Below are positions 45,915-54,194 of a stretch of 64,000 nucleotides of DNA, one piece after another. The stretch spans positions 480,001 through 544,000 of the forward strand of contig CBDCTZ010000015.1 of NCBI GenBank assembly GCA_965222375.1, read 5' to 3'. The stretch's first letter is position 1. Each line of letters begins with the position of its first letter. The notes below the pieces were generated by a model. That model ran no database searches. It was not told where the DNA came from and saw only the letters and a list, made by a program, of their open reading frames with translations. The DNA is from Polyangiaceae bacterium. GTDB lineage: Bacteria > Myxococcota_A > Polyangia > Polyangiales > Polyangiaceae. The position numbers were made by a program, and so were the translations under genes.

Positions 45915-47165
45915 ATGCCCACCACGGACTCAAAGGCCCCGGAGCCCGACTCTCACGAACCCCAGCAGCTCGACGAGCGCGCGCTGAATTCCCGCGCGCC
46001 GGCTTCGCTGAGGCCTCCAACGTCCCAGAGGCCGCGCCCTTCGGACCCACCGCTGTCACCGGAGCAGAGGATCGAGCGCTTCGACGAGATGCGCCTCGCG
46101 CCGGTGTTCTTCTTCATGCTGGTCGCTCTGGTGATCGCGGGGCTGGTCTACATCCTGCGCATGTTCATCCCCGACCTGGTGATCGCGTTCGTGCTAGTCA
46201 CGTTGTTTCGACCGACATGGCGCTGGATTTCGGGTCGACTTGGGGGTCGGCCCTGGATTGCCTCAGGCATCGTCACATTGCTCATCGTCTTGGTCCTCGC
46301 GGCACCGCTAGCCGTGCTCGCGACCACGGTAGCCAGCGAGGCGTTCTCCCTGTACGAGTCTTTGTTGGGTGGGTCGGCGAGGGGGTTGACCCAAGCCGCA
46401 TTCGGGCCTGAGGGCTGGCTTCGCCAGCTGAACCGCTGGCTAGCGCGCTTCGGCGTGTCGCTGTCCGAGCCCGCCGTGCGAGATTTAGTGAACCAATGGA
46501 GCCAGCGGCTCTTGTCCACGGTTTTCGATCAAACGACGGCCATCGTTGGGCGAACCCTCTCGATTCTGTTTCACGCCTTGGTGGTGCTGCTAGCCGTCTT
46601 CTACCTGCTCGTCGATGTCGACCGGCTCAAGGAGTTCGCATTCAGCCTCTCACCGCTGCCAGAAGAGGAAGATCAACTCCTGGTCACCAAGTTTCAGGAG
46701 GTCTCACGCGGCATCCTCGTGGGCAACGGCGTGGGCAGCCTGGTGCAGGGCGTCCTCGGCGGGCTGGCCATGTGGTTCGTCGGGATCCCCTCGGCAGCGC
46801 TGTGGGGCACGATCATGAGTGTGATGGCGTTCTTGCCCATCGTCGGCATCTCGCTGGTCGTGATTCCCGCTACGGTGTTCTTGGTGGTCAAGGGTCAGGT
46901 GGCTGCCGCTGTGGGGTTCTTCACGTTCTGTACGGTGCAGGGCCTGATAATGGAAAACCTCGGCAAGACCTGGCTGATCGGCCGCAGCACGCGCATGCAC
47001 GACCTGATCGTCTTTCTCAGCGTCATCGGCGGCATCGCCGCCTTCGGCATCATGGGATTGCTGTACGGGCCGCTACTGGTGGCGGCATTCCAAACCCTGA
47101 CGGAACTCTACAACCGCGTGTATCACGGCAAACTCGCCAGTGCCTACGCGCTGAGAAGACGCTAG
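45915..47165 (+). CDS. AI-2E family transporter
   Basis: Multi-TM; FYLLVD, AFLPIVG, LIVFLSVIGGIAAFGIMGLLYGPL. Confidence 0.93.
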   Translation: MPTTDSKAPEPDSHEPQQLDERALNSRAPASLRPPTSQRPRPSDPPLSPEQRIERFDEMRLAPVFFFMLVALVIAGLVYILRMFIPDLVIAFVLVTLFRPTWRWISGRLGGRPWIASGIVTLLIVLVLAAPLAVLATTVASEAFSLYESLLGGSARGLTQAAFGPEGWLRQLNRWLARFGVSLSEPAVRDLVNQWSQRLLSTVFDQTTAIVGRTLSILFHALVVLLAVFYLLVDVDRLKEFAFSLSPLPEEEDQLLVTKFQEVSRGILVGNGVGSLVQGVLGGLAMWFVGIPSAALWGTIMSVMAFLPIVGISLVVIPATVFLVVKGQVAAAVGFFTFCTVQGLIMENLGKTWLIGRSTRMHDLIVFLSVIGGIAAFGIMGLLYGPLLVAAFQTLTELYNRVYHGKLASAYALRRR

Positions 47166-47268
47166 CAACGCCGCCCGAGCAGAGAGCGTTGCGCGACACC
47201 CGGCACAAGGCGTTCGTCCCGTGCGCGGCTAGGTCGAAAGGCGCCACGCCTCGCACGGGACCAGCGCG

Positions 47269-48090
47269 CTACTTCTTGATGCAGCTGAAGCCGGAGCCAC
47301 AAGACGTGTCGCACACCCAGCCCTGCTTGGTGCAGCCGCAGGACGACGGCTTGCAGGCATCGGCCTCGCAGGAGTAGCCAGGTTCGCAACCGCCGGGCTT
47401 ACAGTCCACTGATGGGTCAGGCCCCTTGCACTGGGTAATTTGCACGCAGCTCGTTCCCTGCCCGCAATCGGCGGTGCACTCCCAACCATTGGGTCCACAA
47501 GAGCAAGTCGATGGCTTGCAGTTGTCCGGCTGGCACGCAAAGCCTTGACTCTTGCCGCATTCCGCTGGGTCGCAGGGCGCCGATGGATCCGGGCCCGTGC
47601 ACTTGTCTACCTTTCTACAGCTGGTGCCTTGGCCGCAGTCGGCGGTGCACTGCCAACCATTGTCGCCGCAGGAACACGCGGAAGGCTTGCAGCTATCGGG
47701 CTGGCACGCGAACCCCGGGGTCTTCTCGCACTCCTTGGCATCGCAGGGCGCTGATGGATCCGGGCCGTCGCACTTGTTGGGCTGGTCCAACACGCAGGCG
47801 CCACCTTGGCCGCAGTCGGCGGTGCAAACCCAGCCGTCCTTGGGATCACAGGAGCAGGACGATGGACGGCAAGCCGTGGTGTCGCAGATGTATCCAGTGG
47901 GACAGCTGCTGGCGCTGCACCCCTCAGCCGGATTTGGCGTTGCGCAAGCGCCTGCGCTGCCCCCCGTGCCGGCTGAACCGCCGACACCATTCTGATTGCT
48001 GCTTTTCTTCCCCAGCGAGTCTTCGCCGCTGCATGCGACCACGAGAGACAGACTACTGAGGGTCAAAGTAAGGGTTTTCAAGAGTCGCAT
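47269..48090 (-). CDS. Lipoprotein with four ~50-aa Cys-rich repeats
   Basis: GGAGG RBS, lipobox VVAC; 4 x C.gPdP...C...C[KR]PS.CsC...GW.CtaDCG.G.sC. Confidence 0.88.
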   Translation of the reverse strand: MRLLKTLTLTLSSLSLVVACSGEDSLGKKSSNQNGVGGSAGTGGSAGACATPNPAEGCSASSCPTGYICDTTACRPSSCSCDPKDGWVCTADCGQGGACVLDQPNKCDGPDPSAPCDAKECEKTPGFACQPDSCKPSACSCGDNGWQCTADCGQGTSCRKVDKCTGPDPSAPCDPAECGKSQGFACQPDNCKPSTCSCGPNGWECTADCGQGTSCVQITQCKGPDPSVDCKPGGCEPGYSCEADACKPSSCGCTKQGWVCDTSCGSGFSCIKK

Positions 48091-48199
48091 CAGATCCTCC
48101 GCTCGGGGGTTCCGGGATTCGTTTCAAATTGGCCGCCCGCGGTTCCTTCCGCGAACACCCCCTAATTCCCGCCATCGAGAAAACTGATCCCTCTGGGAA

Positions 48200-49036
48200 T
48201 CACTTTTTCTCCGGCGCGAGCCCCACAAGGCGGCGGATGCGGGCCGCGTGAGGCGCATTCGGTCGCCGAGCGAGGTACGCGCTAGCCAGCTGTCGCGCCC
48301 TATCTCGTTGCCCGGAGCGTGACAGCGCGTCCAGACGCATCACGAACGCCTCGTTGGCGAGGCGGCTCCGCGGATACTGACGTTGGTGCTGAGCCAGCAG
48401 GCCGAGGGCGCGAGTCGATGCCCCGGAAGAAAGCGCCGAGCGGGCTTCGTCGAGTAAACGAACCTCGGCCGCCAAGCCGTCGTTGGTCGATGAGTAGCTT
48501 GCGGTCGGAGGTGGAGCTCCGGGGGCGGCCGGCCCCGGGGGCGCAACATCTGAAGCGTTGGCCTTGCGGATCACGCGGGGAGCTGGAAGCGGCGCCGGCT
48601 CGTCAGGCTGAACGTCAAGTGGGTCGGGCGTCCCAGCCGCCTGGGCCGGTGGAACCACGCTGGCCGGCACGCTCGCCTGCGCGGCCGATGGGGCCGTGAC
48701 CTGCGCACCGCGCGGCTGCAGCGTCGGCGCTGGCGACAGCGCGATGGCGCCCGTGGACACCACCAGTCCGATCGCAGCCCCGCCACCCATCCACTTGGCG
48801 AACACGAGGGCGGCTCCGCCCTTGGCGGCGGAATTTGCGCTAGCACCAGTCGCGCCCTTGGCCGCGAGCGCCGTCGCCTTCGCGCCGGCCGCAGCGCCCG
48901 CCGCAGCCGTTGCCACACCTAGTGCCACCAGCGCGCGTTGCCTGCCTCCGGGAGGCGCGGACTCGGACAGGGCCGCGTCCATCACCAAGCGCATGGCTTG
49001 GTCATCACTCTCTGCGAGGCGACGGGGCCCGTTCAT
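48200..49036 (-). CDS. Putative anti-sigma factor with TM segment, Pro-rich linker and C-terminal TPR-like helices
   Basis: ATGA overlap with the ECF gene; one TM; LAAEVRLLDEARSAL...YPRSRLANEA. Confidence 0.78.
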   Translation of the reverse strand: MNGPRRLAESDDQAMRLVMDAALSESAPPGGRQRALVALGVATAAAGAAAGAKATALAAKGATGASANSAAKGGAALVFAKWMGGGAAIGLVVSTGAIALSPAPTLQPRGAQVTAPSAAQASVPASVVPPAQAAGTPDPLDVQPDEPAPLPAPRVIRKANASDVAPPGPAAPGAPPPTASYSSTNDGLAAEVRLLDEARSALSSGASTRALGLLAQHQRQYPRSRLANEAFVMRLDALSRSGQRDRARQLASAYLARRPNAPHAARIRRLVGLAPEKK

Positions 49037-49617
49037 TCGTCACTCCCTTCGGGAGAGGCTGAGTCAGCCGGCTGGAGAGCCGCTGAGAAGGCAGCTCGTG
49101 CCCGGCGCAGCCGGGACGCTACGGTACCGGGCGGCACGTCTAGGGTTTCAGCGACTTCTGCCATGGTCATCTGCTCCAGCTCATAGAGCACAAACACCTC
49201 TCGTTGCTCTGCACTGAGCCGCTCAAGCATTTGGTAGAACACCTGGCGGGCGCGAGTGCGATCGAGCAGTTCCTCAGGCGTCGGTACCGACGACGGCTCT
49301 TGCTCTGCGCAGAGACCACTCTCTTCACGTCGACGCAACCGACTGCGCCGGGCATGTGCGGCGTGGTTCATTGCCGTTCGGTACAGAAACCCGCGTTCTT
49401 TTCCGACTATGATGTCAGCTAGTCGCCGTGAGGCGGTCAGGAATACTTCTTGTGCCACGTCCTCTGCCTCGGCGTCCGCGACGCCGAGCCGCCTGAGCGA
49501 GCGCCAGACGAAGTCGTAGTGATTGTCGACGAGCTGACGCAGGCGGGCCCGGGCGTGCGCCTCGGGCATCCCAGCGTCAGTCGTGAAAATCGCGGGCTCC
49601 GCGGTGATGCTCACCAC
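49033..49617 (-). CDS. ECF RNA polymerase sigma factor
   Basis: HYDFVWRSLRRLGV, AEDVAQEVF (region 2); REVFVLYELEQMTMAEVAETLDVPPGTVASRLRRAR (region 4); start uncertain. Confidence 0.93.
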   Translation of the reverse strand: MVSITAEPAIFTTDAGMPEAHARARLRQLVDNHYDFVWRSLRRLGVADAEAEDVAQEVFLTASRRLADIIVGKERGFLYRTAMNHAAHARRSRLRRREESGLCAEQEPSSVPTPEELLDRTRARQVFYQMLERLSAEQREVFVLYELEQMTMAEVAETLDVPPGTVASRLRRARAAFSAALQPADSASPEGSDE

Positions 49618-49685
49618 CGTTTCCTTCTGTTCCCTGACCCTATTCCCGCAAATGCGGGCTTTGATCCCCGTGCTCGAAAAAAAAC

Positions 49686-50693
49686 CTAGGGAAGTGCAAC
49701 GACCACCCCCGCGCCTATCCCCACTGCCACGGGTGCTACTGTATGCACGGTTTCCTTGGGGTTTTCGTAGAAGTAGGTCCAACGCGACAATGGCACGGAC
49801 AGCTCGGCCGCCACCTGGAGCGAAAGCGGGCCTAGGAGTCTGACGCTCGCCAGCCCATCGCCACCGGTAGCGGCCCACAGCCGCTGGGAGCGGTCGGCGC
49901 GTTCGAGGTTCTGATTCGAAGCGGCGTCCGCCTCCAGGCTGCCAGCGCCGAACGCCAGACAGCCGGCAATCGAGGCGGCCTCCGCAACGGATCGGTAGCA
50001 GAGACCGAGCCGCGCGCGGGTCAGCTTGAAGTGCGCGCGCCCAGGTCCCACGTCCACTCGCCCGGTGATGAGTCGGGATGCAGCGACACGCGCGGCGAAG
50101 CGCCGATCTGTGCTGCCGACTTCAGCGTCGACAGAAGCGCCATACATCGCGGTGGGCGCAGGACCGAACAGCACACCTCCGCTCGCGCCCAGCGCCCAGC
50201 TGGGCGACGAACGACCGGACGGCGAGCGGAGCACAGGCGATCTGGGCTCAACGACCACTGGAGAGATTCGGGGGGGTTGGCGAGGCGGCGCGGAGGTGGC
50301 TCTTTTGGCGGCCAGGGCAGCAACTGGGTCAAGGGTGACGGCGAGGATCAGCGCGAGCGCGCGAGCGACGGCAACACAGCTGTCCCCCCGCACGACGCGG
50401 GGCTGCTCCGTTGCGCCGAGGAAGATCTTCCCCACGGCTTGCCCGCCGTCATGGGAAAGGCTGACCCTGAAGCCACGGTCCCCTGCGCCCTCGGCGTGAC
50501 GCCAGGTCGGCAGACGACTCTCTACCTCAGCGACGAACTCGTCCTTTGTTGGGCACGAGGCGGACGCCTCGTAAGCGACCGAGTAACTGCTGGCAGACGC
50601 GGCCTGAGCGTTCGACAAGAGCACGGCGAGCACCGCAATCTGGAACGCCCTAGGACCCGCCACGGGGTGGAGCATAGCGTACTCGCGCGCCAT
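49686..50693 (-). CDS. Exported protein with N-terminal Cys-bridged domain and C-terminal beta-barrel-like region
   Basis: Signal peptide AQA-A; CP...C domain; Pro linker; alternating Gly-rich strands; directly upstream of the ECF gene. Confidence 0.72.
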   Translation of the reverse strand: MAREYAMLHPVAGPRAFQIAVLAVLLSNAQAASASSYSVAYEASASCPTKDEFVAEVESRLPTWRHAEGAGDRGFRVSLSHDGGQAVGKIFLGATEQPRVVRGDSCVAVARALALILAVTLDPVAALAAKRATSAPPRQPPRISPVVVEPRSPVLRSPSGRSSPSWALGASGGVLFGPAPTAMYGASVDAEVGSTDRRFAARVAASRLITGRVDVGPGRAHFKLTRARLGLCYRSVAEAASIAGCLAFGAGSLEADAASNQNLERADRSQRLWAATGGDGLASVRLLGPLSLQVAAELSVPLSRWTYFYENPKETVHTVAPVAVGIGAGVVVALP

Positions 50694-51124
50694 GAACACT
50701 TGCGCGGCAGCAATTCGATATGCTGCTCGCGGCGCCGCCGACCCGAGCAATTGCGCGTGCGTTTGGGACCACGAAGCACCCGACACTTTCGCTGGCGGAG
50801 ACCGAGGCTCGGCGTTGGCCGGAAACCGGACTCCATCGCGGCGAACGCCCCCCCTCCGCTGCATGGCCGGAGGCTGGTAGGAGAAGCGGACTTGCAACAA
50901 GGTGCAGACAAGAAGACCCCAGCGGCGAGCAGTGCAGCTATGCGTCGCCGAGCGGGGAGCGCCACAACCCCAGACCGAACAGGACAAGCTTCGACCACCC
51001 ACACGCTGTGGTCGCTGGCCCGATTCCGACTACTTCGTCCCACCCGCCGCTCGCGGCCCAAGTCGAGAGTAGCGGCCCAGCGACGCAACGTGAATCGACC
51101 CCAACAACCAAAGCACTCCACATG

Positions 51125-51156
51125 AAAAACGGCCGCCCCCACTTTGGGGGCGACCG
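51125..51156 (-). terminator. Intrinsic terminator of the GltG/AgmX-like gene
   Basis: CGGTCGCCCCC-AAAGT-GGGGGCGGCCG stem-loop followed by TTTTT on the minus strand. Confidence 0.8.
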
Positions 51157-51182
51157 CTTCTCGATGCACGCGGTGACTTGGC

Positions 51183-52706
51183 TCAACCCGGGGAGAACTG
51201 AATCGGGTAGTTGACGGTCACGATGCCATCCTTCGGGGCCGGGAAGGACAGACCGTAGTAGGCGCTGACGACGCAACCGACCACGCTGCTGTCGGGCAGG
51301 TCGCTACCCGCGTTGGTGGCGTGGGACACTGCGCCATCGCGACTGATGACGAAGCTGACTGCGACGCGACCGGACAGGTTCGGGTTGCTGCGCAGGCCAC
51401 CCTCGTAGCACATGCGGAAGCGACCGTAGTTCTGGCGAACGATGCGCTGAATCACGTCGGCGGGCAGGGTGCCGCTTGAAACGGTGGTCTGACCGATCCG
51501 CATCTTGGGACTCTTGACCTGGTGACCGCTCGCGCCGGGCCGGCCCACGGAGTTGCCGAAGCCGTGCTCGAGGCCGCCGCATACGGTGGAGCCGCACGTT
51601 CCGATGGCGCCCAGGCCGATGCTTTCGCCGCGGAAGCCGCCGCCGGTACCGATGCCCGAAAGCCCCAGTCCGCCGCTGCCACCGCTCTCACCCAAGTCGT
51701 CGCCCCACATGTTGCCGTCGGCACTCATGGGGTCCGTACCCAGGGAGGTGTCCCGGCCCCAGGGCACCGTCGGGCCCGTGCTGCCGTTTTCGCTGTTCAA
51801 GATGCCGATCATGCCGAAGCTTCGTGCGTCCCGAAGCGCCTTCACACGGGCCATGTGCGGGTCCGGATTGTCCGCGGGACCGCGGGTAGCGGCTTTCTTG
51901 TTTCGGTCGGGTGCGCCGACCTTGCCCATCTTGCCAGACTCGCCCTTGGCGCCTTCGGCGTGGTCACTGGAACCGGGCAGGGCGTCCTGGTCCTTAGTCA
52001 TGTCTTCGGTTCGCTCACGCTCACGCTCGGAAGCCGACGCCAAGTACTGCTGGATGGCGTAGATGCGATCCTGGGACGTGCTGTCGTCCTCGGTCAGGCC
52101 CAAGGGCGGCACGAAGAAGGCCAGCATTCCCATCAGCGCACCGCAGAAGAGCGAGGTGGCGCCGAAGCTGATGGCGGTATTGTTGTCCGTGGAGCCGAAG
52201 ATGCGCCGCGCCGTTCGCTTGCCTGCGGTGACACCGGCGAGGCGAATCGTCAGCGCGCCCAGTTCCACTTCGCAGCGAGTTCCGCTGGTCAAGGGCAGCT
52301 CGGTAGCCTGGGAGGCTTCGGAACCTTCTGGTCCCCGAATCGCCAAGCTTGCGCCGGCGGGGACGCTCAGGGTCGCGACGCCGCTTCGAGCGGACACGAG
52401 TTCGTGGCGCTGGGTCGCTAGCGCTCCTTCGGGGACGGCGAAGTCCACATCGCCAGTTCCGATGCTGAAGCTCTGGTCGGCCTCCAAGTGGCGCACTGCG
52501 AGAATCGTGGTGCCCCATAGAATCGTGAGCTCAACAGCGCTAACGCCCTCGCGCTCGCACTCGGCGGCGGTCACCGCCGGGCCGGTCTGGACCATGGCGA
52601 AAGTGGACTCCTCGTCGCCGGAGGGAGCCGCAAGCCTGGACTCCCGGAAGGGGTTGTTCGAGGGGGGCTGGTTGAAGATAGACGGATCGAGACGGTGCTG
52701 TGCCAT
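51183..52706 (-). CDS. AgmX/PglI (GltG-like) TonB-C domain membrane protein
   Basis: N-terminal FHA-like strands, TM, Gly-rich linker, VIQRIVRQNYGRFRMCYEGGLRSNPNLSGRVAVSFVI...VNYPIQF; AGGAGGAG RBS. Confidence 0.88.
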   Translation of the reverse strand: MAQHRLDPSIFNQPPSNNPFRESRLAAPSGDEESTFAMVQTGPAVTAAECEREGVSAVELTILWGTTILAVRHLEADQSFSIGTGDVDFAVPEGALATQRHELVSARSGVATLSVPAGASLAIRGPEGSEASQATELPLTSGTRCEVELGALTIRLAGVTAGKRTARRIFGSTDNNTAISFGATSLFCGALMGMLAFFVPPLGLTEDDSTSQDRIYAIQQYLASASERERERTEDMTKDQDALPGSSDHAEGAKGESGKMGKVGAPDRNKKAATRGPADNPDPHMARVKALRDARSFGMIGILNSENGSTGPTVPWGRDTSLGTDPMSADGNMWGDDLGESGGSGGLGLSGIGTGGGFRGESIGLGAIGTCGSTVCGGLEHGFGNSVGRPGASGHQVKSPKMRIGQTTVSSGTLPADVIQRIVRQNYGRFRMCYEGGLRSNPNLSGRVAVSFVISRDGAVSHATNAGSDLPDSSVVGCVVSAYYGLSFPAPKDGIVTVNYPIQFSPG

Positions 52707-52804
52707 GAGACTCCTCCTAAGGGGGGTGAGAGTTCGGTACGGCAGCGACGCTGGGCTTTCGGGGCTAGGTGCCCGTTCTCCATGTCTTGCCGATACAGAG
52801 CTTG

Positions 52805-52831
52805 AGACACGCCCTAGGGCTCAGAGGTTCC
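52805..52831 (-). promoter_or_regulatory. ECF-type promoter GGAACC-N17-GTCT
   Basis: Minus strand reads TTTTTC-GGAACC-tctgagccctagggcgt-GTCT about 100 nt upstream of the GltG-like start. Confidence 0.6.
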
Positions 52832-53037
52832 GAAAAATATTCGACTGCATGACGAGACACGGTGGAGAAGGCTAGTTACAGGGTGCTGTGCGTCTCGTGT
52901 GCGCACAACGCGCGCGCTTCTCGAACACGTCCAATCCTCGGGGCGAGGTCGGAGGGTGACTCCGGAACGGCACTTGCACCGTCCCGCGCAGATCATGGCC
53001 GCACCGTGGGGGTGACGGCCGATCGTAGGAGCTACGT

Positions 53038-53409
53038 ATGCAGTCCAGAACAAGGCAGATAGCCTTCGCAGCAGCATTCGCGAGTGCGCTCGGAGCCTGC
53101 GGCAGTGATGACGATTCGAAGCCGGGGGGGGCGGGAGGCGCCAGCGCAGCAGGCGGGAGCTCCGGTGCCACAGGAGGAGCCGCTGGCGCTTCCGGGTCAG
53201 GTGGCACCGGTGCCACTGGAGGAACCGCCGGCGCCTCCGGGTCAGGCGGCAGCTCGGGCGCCACGGGAGGAACCGCTGGCGCCTCCGGGTCAGGTGGCAC
53301 TGGAGGGGCTGCTGGCGCTTCCGGGTCAGGCGGCAGCTCCGGAGGAACCGGCGGCTCTCAGGCGGCCATCTGGGATCAGACCAGTTGGAATCAAAGCGTT
53401 TGGCAGTGA
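53038..53409 (+). CDS. Small Gly-tether lipoprotein ending in WDQTSWNQSVWQ
   Basis: AGGAG RBS, lipobox LGAC, about 80 aa of Gly/Ser/Ala repeats, terminal W-x4-W-x4-W. Confidence 0.85.
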   Translation: MQSRTRQIAFAAAFASALGACGSDDDSKPGGAGGASAAGGSSGATGGAAGASGSGGTGATGGTAGASGSGGSSGATGGTAGASGSGGTGGAAGASGSGGSSGGTGGSQAAIWDQTSWNQSVWQ

Positions 53410-53419
53410 AGCAGAGGAA

Positions 53420-53974
53420 ATGAAAATGGCATTAAAGAACTCTTGGAAATGGTTGGTCGCCCTCGGGGCTATATTCGTTCCGGCATCTCTGATGGCCGCC
53501 GTCACCGTCCCAAACTCGTTTACGGCTGGGACGCCGATTGTCGCTGCGGACATGAACGCGAACTTCACATCAATCAAGACGTTCGTCGACGGCTTGGAGA
53601 CGACTATCAACAGCAAGGCCGACGCGCCCGCGTCAGGGAAGTACGCCAATACGCCGACAGGTCGAGTCGCCTACGCATGGGTCTCCGACTCTTGCTCAAA
53701 GAGCACGGCGGCAAACTGCGCTTCGCTTTCGCAGTACCAGTACAATCCGAGCGGCGCGGCACCCACCAGCACGCGCACTGCCCTTGGACGCTACACGGTC
53801 AACTTCCCGAACTTGTCTAGCGCGAATTCGGGCAACGTGCAGGTGACAGCCTGGGGTGACACCACACATTCGTGCAAAGTCATCAATTGGGAGAAAGCAG
53901 CCGTGAACGTGCGTTGTCACACGACCGCTGGAGCAGACGTGGATTCTGCGTTTTCCGCTCTCGTAACGCGATAG
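53420..53974 (+). CDS. Secreted protein with tail-fibre-like N-terminal motif and small beta-domain
   Basis: GAGGA RBS; signal peptide; VPNSFTAGTPIVAADMNANF plus short coiled coil; RTALGRYTVNFP domain. Confidence 0.82.
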   Translation: MKMALKNSWKWLVALGAIFVPASLMAAVTVPNSFTAGTPIVAADMNANFTSIKTFVDGLETTINSKADAPASGKYANTPTGRVAYAWVSDSCSKSTAANCASLSQYQYNPSGAAPTSTRTALGRYTVNFPNLSSANSGNVQVTAWGDTTHSCKVINWEKAAVNVRCHTTAGADVDSAFSALVTR

Positions 53975-54194
53975 TAGCTCCGGGGCTTCACTCCCACGAA
54001 CGACGGACGTTGTGGGCGTCTTCATTCGTGGGGCGGCTCGCAAGTTGACCGGGGTGCCGTGGCATCGGCCCGCGTGCACGCGAAGCGCGGGTCGCTCACA
54101 AATCGAGCTAGCTCACGGCACTTTGGGTGGAGAGGTCGATCTTCACTTGCGGACACCCACTGTGTGGGGAAGGCTTCCCTCCCCCGGAGGCCTC

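Noticed and set aside
53038..53974. Prophage remnant
   Set aside because: Both genes carry bacterial export signals, and no capsid, terminase or integrase genes are present
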